A stretch of 55,952 nt of DNA from positions 1 to 55,952 of IMG/VR virus record IMGVR_UViG_3300013099_000023; one strand, given 5' to 3'. The notes under the pieces are model-generated. The model was not told where the DNA came from. It did no database searches and was given only the letters and a program-made list of their open reading frames with translations. How positions within the stretch are numbered: position 1 is the first letter of the stretch; every line of letters starts with the position of its first letter. This stretch comes from a virus (taxonomy: Duplodnaviria > Caudoviricetes). Of the stretch, positions 26,101 to 36,565 are shown piece by piece. The position numbers and the translations under genes are program-made.

Positions 26101-29100
26101 TGATAATTTTCCATCTATAAATATATATAAATTCCAATCTTGTCTATTTACTTGTATATTTACCCACTTACCTACTACTAAAGTTACATCAGAGTACACA
26201 GTGTTAGTGCTGCTACCATCTGTGTACTTAAAAAATATTTTTCTGTCTTTAGTTATTCCTAACGAGTAGGAGTAACTACCCGACCATTTACCTACTAGAT
26301 GTTTATCTTCTATTATACTTGAGAGCATAAATACAAATAAAGAAATACCAAAACTGTTGTAGCCAAATTCAAAATCTCCCTTACATTCCATCTGAAAAAA
26401 AGAGCTGCCATTAAAATAACCACTAGAACTGCCGGATATATACTCTAAAGTAGACATGTGTACTTTATTATTTATATAAATTCTAGTAGTATCTTTGTAA
26501 TCACTAAAATTAGTAGAATAATCTATATCATTAAATAAAGTTATGCTTACATCATAACTATACCACCAATCTACATCTTGAATTGAAGATGTATCTGTAG
26601 AAGATAAACTTATGTAAGATCCTAATAAATTTAAGTAAAGTTTATCTTGCATATTTCCATAGTTACGTATAAAATCTAATGCATGCCTTTCTTCCAAATC
26701 TATGGCAATATAAGTATAAGAGTGTAAAGATTCTATTTTAAGTAATTCTGACGAGTACACTAATTTATTGTATTCAAAACTGTTGTTAAATTTTATATCT
26801 ATATTTGCAATATATTTATCCGCTAAACATTTTACACGATCTACTTCAGTAGTAGTATTAAAACTAACTATTATATGATCATTAGAAGTTAGAACATTTA
26901 GAACTTTTAATAACACATTATCTATATATAAGTAGTTAAAACCGCTATATAATGTGTCACTATCATTTATAAAAACACACTCCAATTTTGATATTGGAAA
27001 ATCTATAAAATCTTCGATAGTTTTATCTACATAAGGGTTAGTAATACCATCTGTCACTAAAACAACACGTATATCAGAATTTTTAACTGTTATTTTGACT
27101 TTCTGAGGATTTCCTAGCCATGCTACATTATTAAATAAAAATATCCAATTATTATGATTATCTACAAGGTAAGCATCCCCACTACCTCCTGTAGCTGTAT
27201 TCCTTCTATAAATTAAATAAAAACTATCACCTAGATTATTACTAAACTTAAATTTAATGTGAGTACTTTTATTATCATAATTTGTGGAGTTTATATATTT
27301 ATATAGATTTACAACAGCCTCAAAGTAGAAACAACTAGTATTATCAAAAGTACTTTTTAAACCTACGTAAGTTTTATTAAAAAATACTTTTGGATATAAA
27401 AAACCTCCAGTAACATCTATAGAGTTTTCATATACACCTGTGGTATGCGTAGTAGACCATTTAGAAGAATCTATATATTCACCTAAAAACACATCGTTGA
27501 TTATATCAAAGTCATCAAATTTAGATATTTCATTTCCTGTAGAAGTAACTCTTAAACCAGACCCAGTATTTTTTAAAGTTGCTCCTATACGCATACTATA
27601 ATTTCTTAAAAGTTTGCCTTTAGAATATAGATAAATATTAGATAGCTCATACTCTTCTGAATCTACATATAAATATAAAACTTTAGTATTTAAGGTTTCA
27701 AATATTAAATATGTATACTCTAACTCTAAAGGAAAATTTTCATTTAAAGACTCACCATGAGTTAGCGTCTTGTAAAATTGCCAACCTTCATACTCGTTTA
27801 AATATATATAACTTTTTTTATTGTCTATTAAATTTACAAGTCCGTAAGACTGACAATTAATAGCTACCTGACTATTTTCTAAAAATAGATTTAAGTCTGG
27901 ATTTTTTCTAATAATTACATTGGTTACATCTTCTGCTTCTCCGGAAAAATTTATATCCACAGTCTTAATATCAGCTTGAATAAAACCTGTAGGTAAATAA
28001 GCAGAAAAATCTGACAGACTATTATATGTATTAGTAAAAACACTGGAAGTAACTTCGCTTACATCAGGATCTTTAAAAAAATCTAGGGCTATTGTATCAC
28101 TACAATCAGCCCCTTTAACGGTGTCTGTGACCTCCAATAAAAACCCAAATAAAGACAATAAATCTTGTGAAGCTACTTTTAAACGCATAAATCTAGGAGA
28201 AATACTTACTACTGCTTCTACTTCAAAAGGTTTACCTGTAGTATCAAAAGCTACTGGTTGCCACGTATTGTTGTCTATAGAAATATCCAGAGACATGTTG
28301 TCTAACACAGAAGGTTCTAAAGGAAAAGAACTATAGACCTCAAATTCTGTAATTTTAGTACTTATATGGTGATTCACTAATAGCTTGTAGCCACTACAAG
28401 CTACTTTATCAAAATTAAATTCTAGGATATTCCAGGTTAAGTCCATAGCTGTTTGTACAACTCCCCAATTAGTACAAACACTATTTATATATATAGGTTC
28501 TACCGAGGGTGTTGGGTTAACAAAAAGATAGTCCTTTACTCTGCCAGTAACATAAACAGGCTCTGAGTTGTTAGTTTCATTAAACTCATAACCATCTAAA
28601 GTGACGGTATTTATATTGTTTATATATTTAAATCCTACAGATTGCCCAGTTTTTTGAGAAATAACACTGTTTACATAATAACTCTGTGAAAAACTTTTAA
28701 AATTTTTGCCGTCCTTAAAATAAATAATAGTTTTATGTATGTCTACTACATTATCTCCTGGAAAATTCAAACTAAACTCAATAGGATCATATTTATAATT
28801 ATCTACTACTTGACTGCAATAAGGTGGAGAATCAAATTCAAAAACTGCACTGGTTTCAGGTGAAGAACCTGGAGTACCTAGACCCCATTCAGCATCCCCA
28901 TTAACATAAAAGTAGTCATGGGCTCCTATAGTTTCTATACCATTACTACCTTTAGAAAAGGAGTCTCCCTGTTTTGTTCCTGTAGGACTACTAATACCGT
29001 CATCTAGACATTCTATTCCAAAGTATAAATTTTTATGCGTGTATTTTTGCCATAGAGTACAAAGACTACCACGTGTTGTAATATGATCGTGAGAATCATC

Positions 29101-30801
29101 AAAACAATCTACATTCCAATTTAAATCTTCACAAATAGCTAGATTATATTCAAATACGGAACTGTACTCTTCTGCTTTTATAAAAAAAGACGAGGCATTT
29201 ACCCTACTACCTAAATCTATGTCTAAAAGTAGATTATCCCTTTTACGATCTCCTCTAGCATATATATGAAAGCCTACGGTCCCTTTACTTTTAGGCGCTC
29301 CTGGAAAAAATCTTCCTTTAGGCTTCCTTAGATAACTAAAAAAACAAGCATCTATATCACCTGAAGGCTGTTTATGTAACACTGCAAGTGCCGCTCCATA
29401 TACTGCTATAACGTCACCTTTTACTACCCTTACATCACAAGAAATATGGTGTGAAGTCTGGTTAGCAGAATATAATACCCCTGCAACTTCTGTAGGTATA
29501 GGTACTTCCGACATAACTGTGTAAGAACCATCCATATGAGGTGATAAAAAAAACACTGATGCACCCTCAGGTACTAAACTGCAGTTTAAATATAAATCTG
29601 TTATATTTCCTGTAGAAGTTACTGGGTGTGAAATATCAATAATAGTAGTACCAGCATTAGCTACATACCTTAAATAACTGGTAACTGACTTTTTACTAGT
29701 TTTGTTAGAATTTATTTTTTTAAAAAAATCTCTGTTTCCAACTTCAACACTATAAGTATTAGGGTCATTTGTATAGTAAGCTGTTTCAGAATATTCTAAT
29801 AAACTTAAAATATTAGACATATTTAACCTAAAACTAGAAGCAGCATTGTAATGTGAAGCAGAGTCTTGACCTAAAGTTTTCGTGTGCTCGATATCAAATG
29901 TTAATTCTAACGCTGCTGAACCTCCTATAATTGATACGTCTGACCTTTCTCCTACTGTTCCAGATTTTATCTCTATTTTATTATCTATAGTAGGAGTTAC
30001 CTCTACATAGTTATAACCACCTATACCTAAAGTGCTTATACATTGTTCCAATAGTTTACAGATATTAAGTATAGTTAAATTATAATTGCTACCTAAAAGT
30101 ATACTATAATCTCCGTAGTTATCTATATTGAGTACAAGAGAGTCAGATACACCCTCTATTGTGGTGTAATGTTTTTTATTTTCTGAAGAGGTAGCCGTAG
30201 CAGCTTTACCTGAACCTTTACATGGATGTGAGTAATTTAAAAAATAACTACAGTTAGTCTGCCTACACTTATAGTTACTGTGTGAAACTATACTAATTTC
30301 TTTAAATGCAAATTTACAACCTCTATGACCATCTAATGCTGGGTAAATTCTTAAATTATTAATAGTGCCCTGCCACCATCTTTCTGGCCCTAAATTTATA
30401 GTGTACCTATACCAATTATCACTTATGTCTAAATCAAAATCTATTGAATTATGGTCTTCCCAAGTAGAATTGTCTGTTCTTGTCCACATAATTCTACCTG
30501 TAGTCGGTGGATACGGTTTAGACTCAAGAGGTGTGAGCTTCATCACTAAAACTATAGTATAATATTCCTCGGCTTCTATAGGCAAAAAATTATTGGATCT
30601 TTGTATATAACTGTTTGTAGAAGACATGCTTCCAAAAAGAACATTACTCCAACAACCATACAAATGTACATTATTATATATGTCCCAGCCATCTACATCA
30701 CCATTTCTAGCCAAGTCTACAGAATAACCTAGTAAAGTATCATTAAGGCACAGCGTAGAATTACGTATTGTCCTGGCCTCTTTAAGATAATTATATGGCA
30801 T
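23197..30801 (-). CDS. Giant (2534 aa) virion protein with carbohydrate-binding, discoidin-like and LamG domains
   Basis: WQGTINNLRIYP; W.NIQVNR..YIFIDG..LYVGG..FYGYIDNL; WGF..PTLTLLFDK.Y.ISSIDIY; HITVMWD..LYFNG..LILGG..FKNLKVYNY. Confidence 0.7.
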   Translation of the reverse strand: MPYNYLKEARTIRNSTLCLNDTLLGYSVDLARNGDVDGWDIYNNVHLYGCWSNVLFGSMSSTNSYIQRSNNFLPIEAEEYYTIVLVMKLTPLESKPYPPTTGRIMWTRTDNSTWEDHNSIDFDLDISDNWYRYTINLGPERWWQGTINNLRIYPALDGHRGCKFAFKEISIVSHSNYKCRQTNCSYFLNYSHPCKGSGKAATATSSENKKHYTTIEGVSDSLVLNIDNYGDYSILLGSNYNLTILNICKLLEQCISTLGIGGYNYVEVTPTIDNKIEIKSGTVGERSDVSIIGGSAALELTFDIEHTKTLGQDSASHYNAASSFRLNMSNILSLLEYSETAYYTNDPNTYSVEVGNRDFFKKINSNKTSKKSVTSYLRYVANAGTTIIDISHPVTSTGNITDLYLNCSLVPEGASVFFLSPHMDGSYTVMSEVPIPTEVAGVLYSANQTSHHISCDVRVVKGDVIAVYGAALAVLHKQPSGDIDACFFSYLRKPKGRFFPGAPKSKGTVGFHIYARGDRKRDNLLLDIDLGSRVNASSFFIKAEEYSSVFEYNLAICEDLNWNVDCFDDSHDHITTRGSLCTLWQKYTHKNLYFGIECLDDGISSPTGTKQGDSFSKGSNGIETIGAHDYFYVNGDAEWGLGTPGSSPETSAVFEFDSPPYCSQVVDNYKYDPIEFSLNFPGDNVVDIHKTIIYFKDGKNFKSFSQSYYVNSVISQKTGQSVGFKYINNINTVTLDGYEFNETNNSEPVYVTGRVKDYLFVNPTPSVEPIYINSVCTNWGVVQTAMDLTWNILEFNFDKVACSGYKLLVNHHISTKITEFEVYSSFPLEPSVLDNMSLDISIDNNTWQPVAFDTTGKPFEVEAVVSISPRFMRLKVASQDLLSLFGFLLEVTDTVKGADCSDTIALDFFKDPDVSEVTSSVFTNTYNSLSDFSAYLPTGFIQADIKTVDINFSGEAEDVTNVIIRKNPDLNLFLENSQVAINCQSYGLVNLIDNKKSYIYLNEYEGWQFYKTLTHGESLNENFPLELEYTYLIFETLNTKVLYLYVDSEEYELSNIYLYSKGKLLRNYSMRIGATLKNTGSGLRVTSTGNEISKFDDFDIINDVFLGEYIDSSKWSTTHTTGVYENSIDVTGGFLYPKVFFNKTYVGLKSTFDNTSCFYFEAVVNLYKYINSTNYDNKSTHIKFKFSNNLGDSFYLIYRRNTATGGSGDAYLVDNHNNWIFLFNNVAWLGNPQKVKITVKNSDIRVVLVTDGITNPYVDKTIEDFIDFPISKLECVFINDSDTLYSGFNYLYIDNVLLKVLNVLTSNDHIIVSFNTTTEVDRVKCLADKYIANIDIKFNNSFEYNKLVYSSELLKIESLHSYTYIAIDLEERHALDFIRNYGNMQDKLYLNLLGSYISLSSTDTSSIQDVDWWYSYDVSITLFNDIDYSTNFSDYKDTTRIYINNKVHMSTLEYISGSSSGYFNGSSFFQMECKGDFEFGYNSFGISLFVFMLSSIIEDKHLVGKWSGSYSYSLGITKDRKIFFKYTDGSSTNTVYSDVTLVVGKWVNIQVNRQDWNLYIFIDGKLSGLFDIGIFYIKSNASNLYVGGLPDSPSSNFYGYIDNLHVRKGKPINVSDFTVSTYNNSLKIANLEEYRWLRINIPTTGNKSLDKLGLYPNIERPLLSTGGFNCTWQPLGQALTNYFSSPINITTACIKTVATSSIENCDASNTITGDRKGLNYEDCWGFDVDDLEPTLTLLFDKHYTISSIDIYHGLKTGSGYFSEDFKVNGYTTSSGLEYTELFSITGNTSEVTTHTFDTVTIEKLEFIITKYISGEDEIPRKDESGFVTYTTLSGGFIREFEAYTPKNKETISSEDYPVVCIDLIRKFNVSNFSFYRDGLFPSNQIDGALWLSYAENKFNYIKYSDVDIADPKKVAFFSNNNEFTYLNFPDAVSTNMLSASIYILDNSLFLDAGAYDLNWYAFNNTTSDLFYLQIIGPDLSNKFFPVQELKDAWTFQQNTLIVKTTGLFKFIFGITSDDLTDDDGNMIICSVKDITIKRTLEYTRWVCAIDNTATDYSFDANVDNAHPHYVKEFKINSGSIHQITESSNWWKSSFSTLSTSVTRVLVDKASLKIAYAKSTKEDSVEFIEGDSFYKDAYWLEKDFLRLNLYISDVNNLDVSYGGIGFGCPNGYDPNGRYRNRNRGTFAYAWDFSEMSLHSGWNKLKLQFSKYSTIFPINLNSKNSFSQEKDTEVRNAFLAGFMLNYRGTGIGDLSMYIENIGIKRCLYEEKVLGENSLCLSYAELVEVPLSNLTISKGTVSFFAKMYNNSVGLDLFDRYTSRTFFSVTSPDNDIVTFGLKSGKWFEFGVGDVSEKYVTFSLTGDNKIHKDDFLEYDEPFHITVMWDNKGNMSNGDSFRLYFNGKLTWYSKFLWNVSSDAASRLILGGGAPEGAFNNESSGAAIFKNLKVYNYCIEVSDYTAKIGEDLVTYDVNDFVYLSLDNINFYGRHASVMPLTVSGVAPLEEVTLYVKSIKNKEFRKLKNKSANLLIDWIVTV

Positions 30802-31199
30802 TATATTTTTAATCCCTTATATATACTACAATGTTTAGCTACACTTAATAAACAATTTCCAGGATTATCACTATCTATACCCATACATTTTCCACAATAA
30901 AACATTTTACTGTCAAGGTCTAAATCTTTAGGTAATCCTTGAGCATTAGAGTACATTCTACAGTCTAAAGCTTGCTTAGCAATAGACCTCCTTATATGTA
31001 ATTCTACCTCCTGTAAAGAATATTTTTTTATTTTTTTACAATCATCACATAAATACACTATGTAGTCTTGTAATGTTAAATCATCTATACTTCCATCAAG
31101 TAGTAATTTATACCCAAGCTCTCTAGTGTAATTTTCAAAAGTATTTTTCTCATACACTTGCATATTACCATTACAACTCTCACATATAAAATTTATCAT
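30801..31199 (-). CDS. Hypothetical zinc-binding protein
   Basis: CESC, CDDC, CGKC..C..C; GAGG RBS. Confidence 0.6.
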   Translation of the reverse strand: MINFICESCNGNMQVYEKNTFENYTRELGYKLLLDGSIDDLTLQDYIVYLCDDCKKIKKYSLQEVELHIRRSIAKQALDCRMYSNAQGLPKDLDLDSKMFYCGKCMGIDSDNPGNCLLSVAKHCSIYKGLKI

Positions 31200-31219
31200 A
31201 TACTTCCTCTGCTTAAAAA

Positions 31220-34200
31220 TTAAAAATCATATTCTGCTGATCCTAAACGTGTCCAACCTATTGACATTCCTCTCCAAGTTGTAAAAGTTACTGGGTAAGT
31301 TGTTGAGGGCCCTAAATCTTTCGAATACACTCCAGGCAAGCAGTAAAAGCCAGGAACACTTAAGTTAGCAACTTCTCCTTCTTCAAATACTTTACCTTTA
31401 GGTACAACTACATTCTCAAAACTTTCTGCTATTTTATCTACTAACCACCAAGCTATTATAAGCCTTTGCATATATAGCAATGTTCCTGTAGAATAAATAA
31501 TGGAGGCATCAAAATACCTAGTTAAAGATTCTCCTGTAAACATATTATACCTACTATACATGTAATGTCCCCCTACTGTACCACAACCTTCTCTATTTCC
31601 ATATGGCCTGCAATATACACCTTCATAAGGCTCTGAAGGTAATAGTTTGAAACCTTTTCCTGCCATTACTGGGTACTTTATTAGTGTACCTAAAGGATAT
31701 ACAGCTTTATTTTCGCTAAGACCTTGACTAGTTAAAGATGAAACTATTCTTAAACTATGTAAGTCTAAAAAGTATTCCATGTCAGGGTATAAAATAGAAG
31801 TAAAACTATCTACATTTTCACATTCCTTATAAGGTTTATTGTATATTAAGTTTTGTTCTTTCTCTAAATCATATATATCTTTGTATATAATTTTTTTGTC
31901 TTGAACTACTTCATGAACTAATCTTGATCTAGTTTTATGTATAAATTTATGTTTACCTGAACTATTGGGCAAACGAGAAACACTTTCGCCATCATCTCTT
32001 TGCCACACTGTGTCTAACTCCATTAAATCTTCTCTAGGCTGTAAAACAGGTTGCGAACTGTTTAAAACTGTTCCGTGTGGGGGTATAAAATCATGTTTAA
32101 AAAAAGATACTTTATATTTTCTTTCGTGTACAAATATATTCTCTACAGCTTGTATTATAATTGTATCAAATAAAACGACAGGCTCTTTTTCTACCAAAGA
32201 CGCCCTGTACTTAAAATCCTTAGTAGTTAATAGTTTACTAACCTCTTTAGCTTTATACTTTTCATAATACAAAGTTAGACTAAATGACTCTGATCTATCT
32301 ACAAGCTTATCCACATTTAAATCTAAACTAAAACTAACTGTCTCCTCCCTAACGCCCAAAAAATTTGGAATTTTAACTGATGTTACTATAATAGAGTCTA
32401 TTATTATAGAAGGTACACAATATACTATAGCGCCCTCTTTATTTTGTTGTATTCCATATTTAAACTTAAGCTCTCCTTTAGTAATTGCTACTTTATATCC
32501 TGAGGTATCTATATGCATCACTGTGCTTACAGAAGGAAGTATCTCAACAGGAACGCCTGTATAACTAAAACCAGACATACGTAAAAACTCAATAGGTAAA
32601 TTCAACGTACCTAGTAGATTTAAACTATCTATATTAATACCTCTATTATAGTACGTTATAGTACTAGGACCTCCTACAGTACCTCCTGCTACTACTATTT
32701 TTTTACCATTAACTGTAGCCTCTTCTATGGTTTTGTCCCAAGTAACATCAAATAACCCTATGTCTTCCCAAGGTGTACTAGTTAATTCAGAATACTTACA
32801 TTCACCCTCTTCTGCTAATCCTGCATTAGGGTCTAAGGCTCCTTGCCATGTAAACTCTCTTGGCGGGCCGTTACCCAGCTGTAGAGTAGGAAATTTACCT
32901 TCCTCATAAACGCCCCCACTATCTAACATAGGCGGCTTAAAAATTAAATCATACTCCCCTTCAGCGCAAACAATGCTATGTTCTATATTCATAGTAGCGT
33001 ATCTATATTTTGGGCTGCTAACATCTACAAATTTTAGAGCTGTATAAAAATCATCTAAAGTAAATTCTCTTGTTAACTCTTTATAAATTTCTCTCCAGGC
33101 CCATTGTATAGTTTTGCCGTTTATAGTATTAAATTGAGGAACAGGTCTTGCCTCCGCATTTACAGGCATTTCTGTTATAGGGTAAGCTATAGGTACAAAG
33201 TTAAAAATATTTGTGTATATTTCTTTAAAAGTATATCTTTCCTCTGCTATATACTCACCTACGCTTTCTCCGTCTAAAACATTATATAGTACTGTTCCAA
33301 GACCTTGTATAGGGGTGCCACTAGCAAGACTACAATAATTATAGTATATATTGTCTATATTATTATTATAATCTATGTCACTATAAGACATATTATGTGG
33401 CATCCACATTAGGGATTCATAATACTCTGTGGGTGGCCATTGTGTTGTGTAGTAATAACGCACACAATCAGTTGTCCTATATGACTTAAGTTGTGGTCGT
33501 AGAGTATTACCATAAGTTGGGCTTGTACCTTTGGAGTAAGCTGTGCCATTTATAGTGTCAATATTAACGTCGCCTCTATATCTAGCTACCCCAGAAAATG
33601 TATATTCCGCATCGGCAACCTTTGAAATATTACCTGTATGTAAAAGACAGGAGCATCTTGCTAGTAAAAAATTACAATAATCTCCTGTTGTATACATATT
33701 TTCATCTGGTCCCTCCATCCTTAAATTCCAACTACCATTTTTAGGAGGCAAGTCTCTACCATACTCATCTTTTTTTACGTTGCCGTCTTCATCCTTTGGA
33801 GGTAGGTACATCTCTCTAACTTCGGTTATCTCGCCATAAGTCTGGTTACTAACATAATAATAAATAGAGTAGTCTTCACAAGCCGTGTAAGGAAACCACA
33901 TGTATCGGCCATTATGATCCCCACATTTAGGTGTGTGTGCTAAGCTAGATTTTCCATCAGATATTTCTTCATGCGGCCCACAACAATGGCACCAAGGTTC
34001 ATTATGTAAACTTTCTACCTGTGTTCTCCATTTATAACTAATTTCCACGTTAGGCACTAAAGGCTGTTTTATTGTAATAAACAACTTAATTCTTACTAAA
34101 CTTACCACTCTACCATCTATACCTGTAATAGCTGTAGTTGCTACGATAGATGTGTCAAAATCTTTAATTGTAAAAAAATTATCTAAAATTTGTAACGAGA

Positions 34201-36508
34201 CACCTCCCTCAGGTAAAGAAGGTTGGGTTATTATTTTTTTCCAGCCAGGTAAATCAGGAGGCTCTAAACCAAAGGAGTATTTAACTTTAAAAGAAATATT
34301 CTTTATATAAATAGTAGAGTTATCTTCACAAATACTGAAAGCCTCACTCATATTCTTAGGCTTTAAAATTAATTGATTACTTGAAAGACCATTAGACATG
34401 CCATACTTATACACCTCTAAGTTACAATATCTTTTTGTATCTTTATCTATAACAACTTCTATGTATATATCATTATCTTCTTCCTGTTGTATCTTCACAG
34501 AAGAGTAGGCTTCTGTAATTTTTCCTTCAGCATCTTCAGGAAGCACTAGAAGTAGCATACAATTACTAGAAATAACATAAAAGTCTTCAGACGTTAGTAA
34601 AAAATCTCTTTCATAAGTACATTCAGCGTAACTTTTAGATGTCGCTGTGGGATCTTTTAAAGAGGGTTGTTCAAAATCATTATAAACATTTTCTATTTTA
34701 GTATAAAATTGCAAGTATTTATGCATAAAAGGAATGAACTCAACTTTCACCTCTGTATCCATACCAGAAATACTACGCCTATAATCATGTAAAGTACTTA
34801 CTATATCAGCCCTGCCTTCAGGCTGAGCAGGTTTTTCTATGCTATAACTAAGTTGTCTTAAAAATCCTGCTACTAGCACTTTATAAAAGTTTATACTAGC
34901 AAAAGACCAATACAAAGAATTAAGCTCGTATGAATAGTATTTAGACAGAACTAAAAGATTATTGTTATTGTATAGAGTATCTACATTAAACATGAAACAT
35001 TTATCATCAGCAGATAAAGTATTTTCTGAGATACTTGAACTATTATTTTTTCTTAAATTACTGACTAAACTATCAATCTCTAAATTTAGATCTAAAAAAC
35101 TACTGTTAGAATTAAGGTCGTACGTATCTGTAACTACACCTATTAACTCTGTGTATAAAATATTTACATCTGCTACTTCTAACAACTTTTCTAGGATTTT
35201 GGGAGTGCTATCTAATTTAGAGATGTTAATACAAATAGTATCATAAGTATAAGTATGTAAATCTCCAAATATTAAAGTAGAACTACTATAAGCCTTGTTT
35301 GTCTCTATTACCAGTTTTTCTTCTATACTTAAAAAAATATTTTTTATTATAGGTGAATTTAATAGGATATCATTTTTAAATATTAAAGTAGGAAAACTTA
35401 CTGTGTCTTCAGGACTGCCACTACTTTTAGATGCCTTTACGTCCGTTCCCGCTACTAGTAACTCTTTCTTACAACTTATATTAAAAAAATTAAAATCCGT
35501 ATCTAAACTAGTATTATTAACATAGTAAGTAGTATATTCACCCAAAGGTGTATAAACTTGTTCCTTTTCTCCTAGCCAAGCGTATAAACATAACTTGTCA
35601 AAAAATAAATTATTGTAGTTTTCCTCTGTCCAAGTATTTTCTTTTACGTAGTATCTTAACTCTAAAACTTGTTCAGCAGAAATGTAGTCTCCTGGCCTTA
35701 TTTTAGTATTAGAAACGTACTTCCAACACTTACCTGTATAATGTGAGCATTCAGTATTAGAACCGTTACAAGGATAGTTTGTAAAGGACTCGTTTATAAA
35801 CTCAGAAGTATCACTTCTTCTACAAGAATGTTGATATACGGGCTTATCTATATTTTTTAATAATATTTTAGGTACTGTTCCTAGTGAATTTCCTACAAGT
35901 GATATGTCTCTAGGTGGATGTAAATCAGCAGGTAATTCTTCTAAATAAAACTCGGATTGATTTTTTTTCCACCAGTAACACGTAGACACATGTGTTCTAG
36001 AATTTAATAATTTATACGGGGCGGGCAGTCTAAAAGCTAAATTAGGTTGTTTTTTTGTACTGACACTGGTGGGTAATATTTTCCCAAAACCCATCCTATT
36101 AGGATTATACCCTAAACATTCTACATTAGCACCCTTACCTGAATTTACCCCTTCACAAGAAGCGTCCGAAGGCAGTACATACTCATTTATAAGAGTAGTA
36201 TTTAGGTAAAAAGACTTTTCTAACTCTTCTATCCAAGCCCAGACGCTTGCTTTTTTTAAATTTCCACTGCTTATAGTTAAATCAGGAAGTACACATATAT
36301 CCTGCTTTTCCCCTGGAGAAAATTTAGAACAGTCATAAGCTGTACCTATATTATTACAAAAAGGAAAATATGTAGGCGAACTATCGCCTTCAAAAGTACA
36401 GCCACACTGTACTCTTGTTCCTTCTGAAGTGCCTACCCATTCAGATTCCCAATATTTACATAAAGTAGAAGCTATCCAGTATTGACACTTAGCATATTTT
36501 ATTGCCAT
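31220..36508 (-). CDS. Large (1762 aa) Cys-rich protein in the virion block
   Basis: Long ORF with Cys clusters (CQYW..CKYW, CNNIG..C, CNG..C.HY..C, WCHCCG, RCSC); no family recognised. Confidence 0.6.
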   Translation of the reverse strand: MAIKYAKCQYWIASTLCKYWESEWVGTSEGTRVQCGCTFEGDSSPTYFPFCNNIGTAYDCSKFSPGEKQDICVLPDLTISSGNLKKASVWAWIEELEKSFYLNTTLINEYVLPSDASCEGVNSGKGANVECLGYNPNRMGFGKILPTSVSTKKQPNLAFRLPAPYKLLNSRTHVSTCYWWKKNQSEFYLEELPADLHPPRDISLVGNSLGTVPKILLKNIDKPVYQHSCRRSDTSEFINESFTNYPCNGSNTECSHYTGKCWKYVSNTKIRPGDYISAEQVLELRYYVKENTWTEENYNNLFFDKLCLYAWLGEKEQVYTPLGEYTTYYVNNTSLDTDFNFFNISCKKELLVAGTDVKASKSSGSPEDTVSFPTLIFKNDILLNSPIIKNIFLSIEEKLVIETNKAYSSSTLIFGDLHTYTYDTICINISKLDSTPKILEKLLEVADVNILYTELIGVVTDTYDLNSNSSFLDLNLEIDSLVSNLRKNNSSSISENTLSADDKCFMFNVDTLYNNNNLLVLSKYYSYELNSLYWSFASINFYKVLVAGFLRQLSYSIEKPAQPEGRADIVSTLHDYRRSISGMDTEVKVEFIPFMHKYLQFYTKIENVYNDFEQPSLKDPTATSKSYAECTYERDFLLTSEDFYVISSNCMLLLVLPEDAEGKITEAYSSVKIQQEEDNDIYIEVVIDKDTKRYCNLEVYKYGMSNGLSSNQLILKPKNMSEAFSICEDNSTIYIKNISFKVKYSFGLEPPDLPGWKKIITQPSLPEGGVSLQILDNFFTIKDFDTSIVATTAITGIDGRVVSLVRIKLFITIKQPLVPNVEISYKWRTQVESLHNEPWCHCCGPHEEISDGKSSLAHTPKCGDHNGRYMWFPYTACEDYSIYYYVSNQTYGEITEVREMYLPPKDEDGNVKKDEYGRDLPPKNGSWNLRMEGPDENMYTTGDYCNFLLARCSCLLHTGNISKVADAEYTFSGVARYRGDVNIDTINGTAYSKGTSPTYGNTLRPQLKSYRTTDCVRYYYTTQWPPTEYYESLMWMPHNMSYSDIDYNNNIDNIYYNYCSLASGTPIQGLGTVLYNVLDGESVGEYIAEERYTFKEIYTNIFNFVPIAYPITEMPVNAEARPVPQFNTINGKTIQWAWREIYKELTREFTLDDFYTALKFVDVSSPKYRYATMNIEHSIVCAEGEYDLIFKPPMLDSGGVYEEGKFPTLQLGNGPPREFTWQGALDPNAGLAEEGECKYSELTSTPWEDIGLFDVTWDKTIEEATVNGKKIVVAGGTVGGPSTITYYNRGINIDSLNLLGTLNLPIEFLRMSGFSYTGVPVEILPSVSTVMHIDTSGYKVAITKGELKFKYGIQQNKEGAIVYCVPSIIIDSIIVTSVKIPNFLGVREETVSFSLDLNVDKLVDRSESFSLTLYYEKYKAKEVSKLLTTKDFKYRASLVEKEPVVLFDTIIIQAVENIFVHERKYKVSFFKHDFIPPHGTVLNSSQPVLQPREDLMELDTVWQRDDGESVSRLPNSSGKHKFIHKTRSRLVHEVVQDKKIIYKDIYDLEKEQNLIYNKPYKECENVDSFTSILYPDMEYFLDLHSLRIVSSLTSQGLSENKAVYPLGTLIKYPVMAGKGFKLLPSEPYEGVYCRPYGNREGCGTVGGHYMYSRYNMFTGESLTRYFDASIIYSTGTLLYMQRLIIAWWLVDKIAESFENVVVPKGKVFEEGEVANLSVPGFYCLPGVYSKDLGPSTTYPVTFTTWRGMSIGWTRLGSAEYDF

Positions 36509-36565
36509 TTAAATACCAAAATTTAAAATTATACTTAATTGTAATACTTACACCTAGCTTAAACT

